The position numbers and the translations under genes were made by a program. This document shows positions 63,362 through 64,000 of a stretch of DNA of 64,000 nt, in pieces. The stretch lies in the NCBI GenBank assembly GCA_937943575.1, contig CALEAV010000021.1, positions 8,120 through 72,119 on the forward strand. The letters are read 5' to 3'. The stretch comes from an uncultured bacterium (GTDB lineage Bacteria > Desulfobacterota > Desulfobaccia > Desulfobaccales > 0-14-0-80-60-11). The notes under the pieces are model-generated. The model did no database searches, was not told the DNA's origin, and saw nothing but the letters and a program-made list of their open reading frames with translations. The number at the start of each line of letters is the position of its first letter. Within the stretch, counting starts at the first letter, position 1.

Positions 63362-63799
63362 TCACTGGCCCACCGGCCCCAGCAACGCCTGGCGCAGCCG
63401 CTCCGGCAGCTCCCTGGCCCGCCAGTCCCGGGTGATGGCCACCAGGGTGGCGGTCCCTTCGGCCAGCAGCTCCTGACCGTGCTCCGGAAAGAACTCGAAA
63501 TGGAAGATGACGGCCCGCTCCCTGAGCTCCTTCACCCGGGTGCGGATGGTGAGGCGGTCGCCGTAGCGGGCCGGCCGCCGGAAGCGGCACCAGGCCTCCA
63601 CCACCGGCAGCCCGAAGCCCTCCTCCACGTTGCGGAAGGTGCCCTCGGGTCTGAGGCCCACCGCCCGCAGATATTCCTCGATGGCCCGGTGGCACCAGCG
63701 GAAATAAGTGACAAAGTAGACAATCCCATAGGGGTCGGTATCCCCGAAGCGCACCCGGACCTGGGTGGCATGGGAGACGTCCTGCGTGGCTGCGGCCAT
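63362..63799 (-). CDS. Acyl-CoA thioesterase, 4HBT/YbgC family
   Basis: 145 aa with AGGAGG SD. VRVRFGDTDPYGIVYFVTYFRWCHRAIEEYLRAVG...LPVVEAWCRFRRPARYGDRL shows the hot-dog fold and catalytic Asp motif typical of 4HBT thioesterases. Confidence 0.85.
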   Translation of the reverse strand: MAAATQDVSHATQVRVRFGDTDPYGIVYFVTYFRWCHRAIEEYLRAVGLRPEGTFRNVEEGFGLPVVEAWCRFRRPARYGDRLTIRTRVKELRERAVIFHFEFFPEHGQELLAEGTATLVAITRDWRARELPERLRQALLGPVGQ

Positions 63800-64000
63800 G
63801 GGGCGTCCTCCTGGCCTCCGCTCTCCGGAGACCTCTGTCTGGCAGGGCGGCTAAAAGAGATTTCTGTCACAAAAAGTGGATTGACAGCCGGAAAAAAAGA
63901 AAATACCTTTACCTATTCGTATACCAATCCCCGCTGCACACGGTAAAGAAAATTTGCGTCTGCACGCCCGCCGCTGGCGTGGGACAAGGAGTCGCCTATG

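Noticed and set aside
63998-64000. An ATG preceded by AAGGAG at the very right edge of the window, with a TTGACAGCC motif at 63881.
   Set aside because: Probably the start of the next plus-strand gene, but only the start codon is inside the window. No call can be supported.

Overview
GC-rich (roughly two-thirds G+C by eye, not computed) chromosomal segment from a diderm bacterium. It holds about 47 protein-coding genes in alternating-strand blocks. I found no rRNA, tRNA, CRISPR array, IS element or prophage.

Gene order, left to right:
- argB (partial), then xerC-hslV-hslU
- a hybrid PAS histidine kinase and an ABM-domain protein
- an HD/dGTPase-like protein, an EEP nuclease/phosphatase and an L,D-transpeptidase
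- an MBL hydrolase, then a stand-alone REC protein next to an HD-GYP protein
- a ~1 kb ORF-free tract
- a synthase-dependent exopolysaccharide module: UDP-glucuronate-epimerase-like SDR, PilZ-less BcsA-like GT2, a 1376-aa TPR/beta-barrel BcsC-like exporter, and an M48 lipoprotein
- dnaE, cpoB-like, ppiD, a lutB-lutC fusion, an M24 peptidase, tatC, plsB
- hypF-hypC-hypD and a class II photolyase
- a CHASE2 adenylate-cyclase operon preceded by two small Cys-cluster proteins
- an MMPL/HpnN-like plus MlaC-like lipid-export pair
- a CpsB-like PHP phosphatase and an O-methyltransferase
- two paralogous PpsA-like phosphotransferases bracketing a TauE-family exporter operon, followed by a tandem USP
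- a His/Cys-rich micro-ORF unit and a thioesterase

Most of this is ordinary core genome; I see no defence island or mobile element. The best candidates for something undescribed are:
1. The paired atypical dikinase locus (55.0-62.9 kb), which has a perfect CRP-type palindrome.
2. The two CGCG/CC-motif small proteins upstream of the CHASE2 cyclase (48.6-49.2 kb).
3. The promoter-equipped His/Cys-rich micro-ORF unit (63.0-63.2 kb).
4. The minimal two-gene EPS synthase/exporter module.
5. Two unusually long non-coding tracts (2.1-2.7 kb and 14.9-15.9 kb), together with a family of C-tract/G-tract palindromic intergenic repeats.

Many long ORFs in the supplied track are antisense shadows typical of high-GC DNA and were rejected. 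All functional calls rest on motif recognition by eye; no database search was possible.
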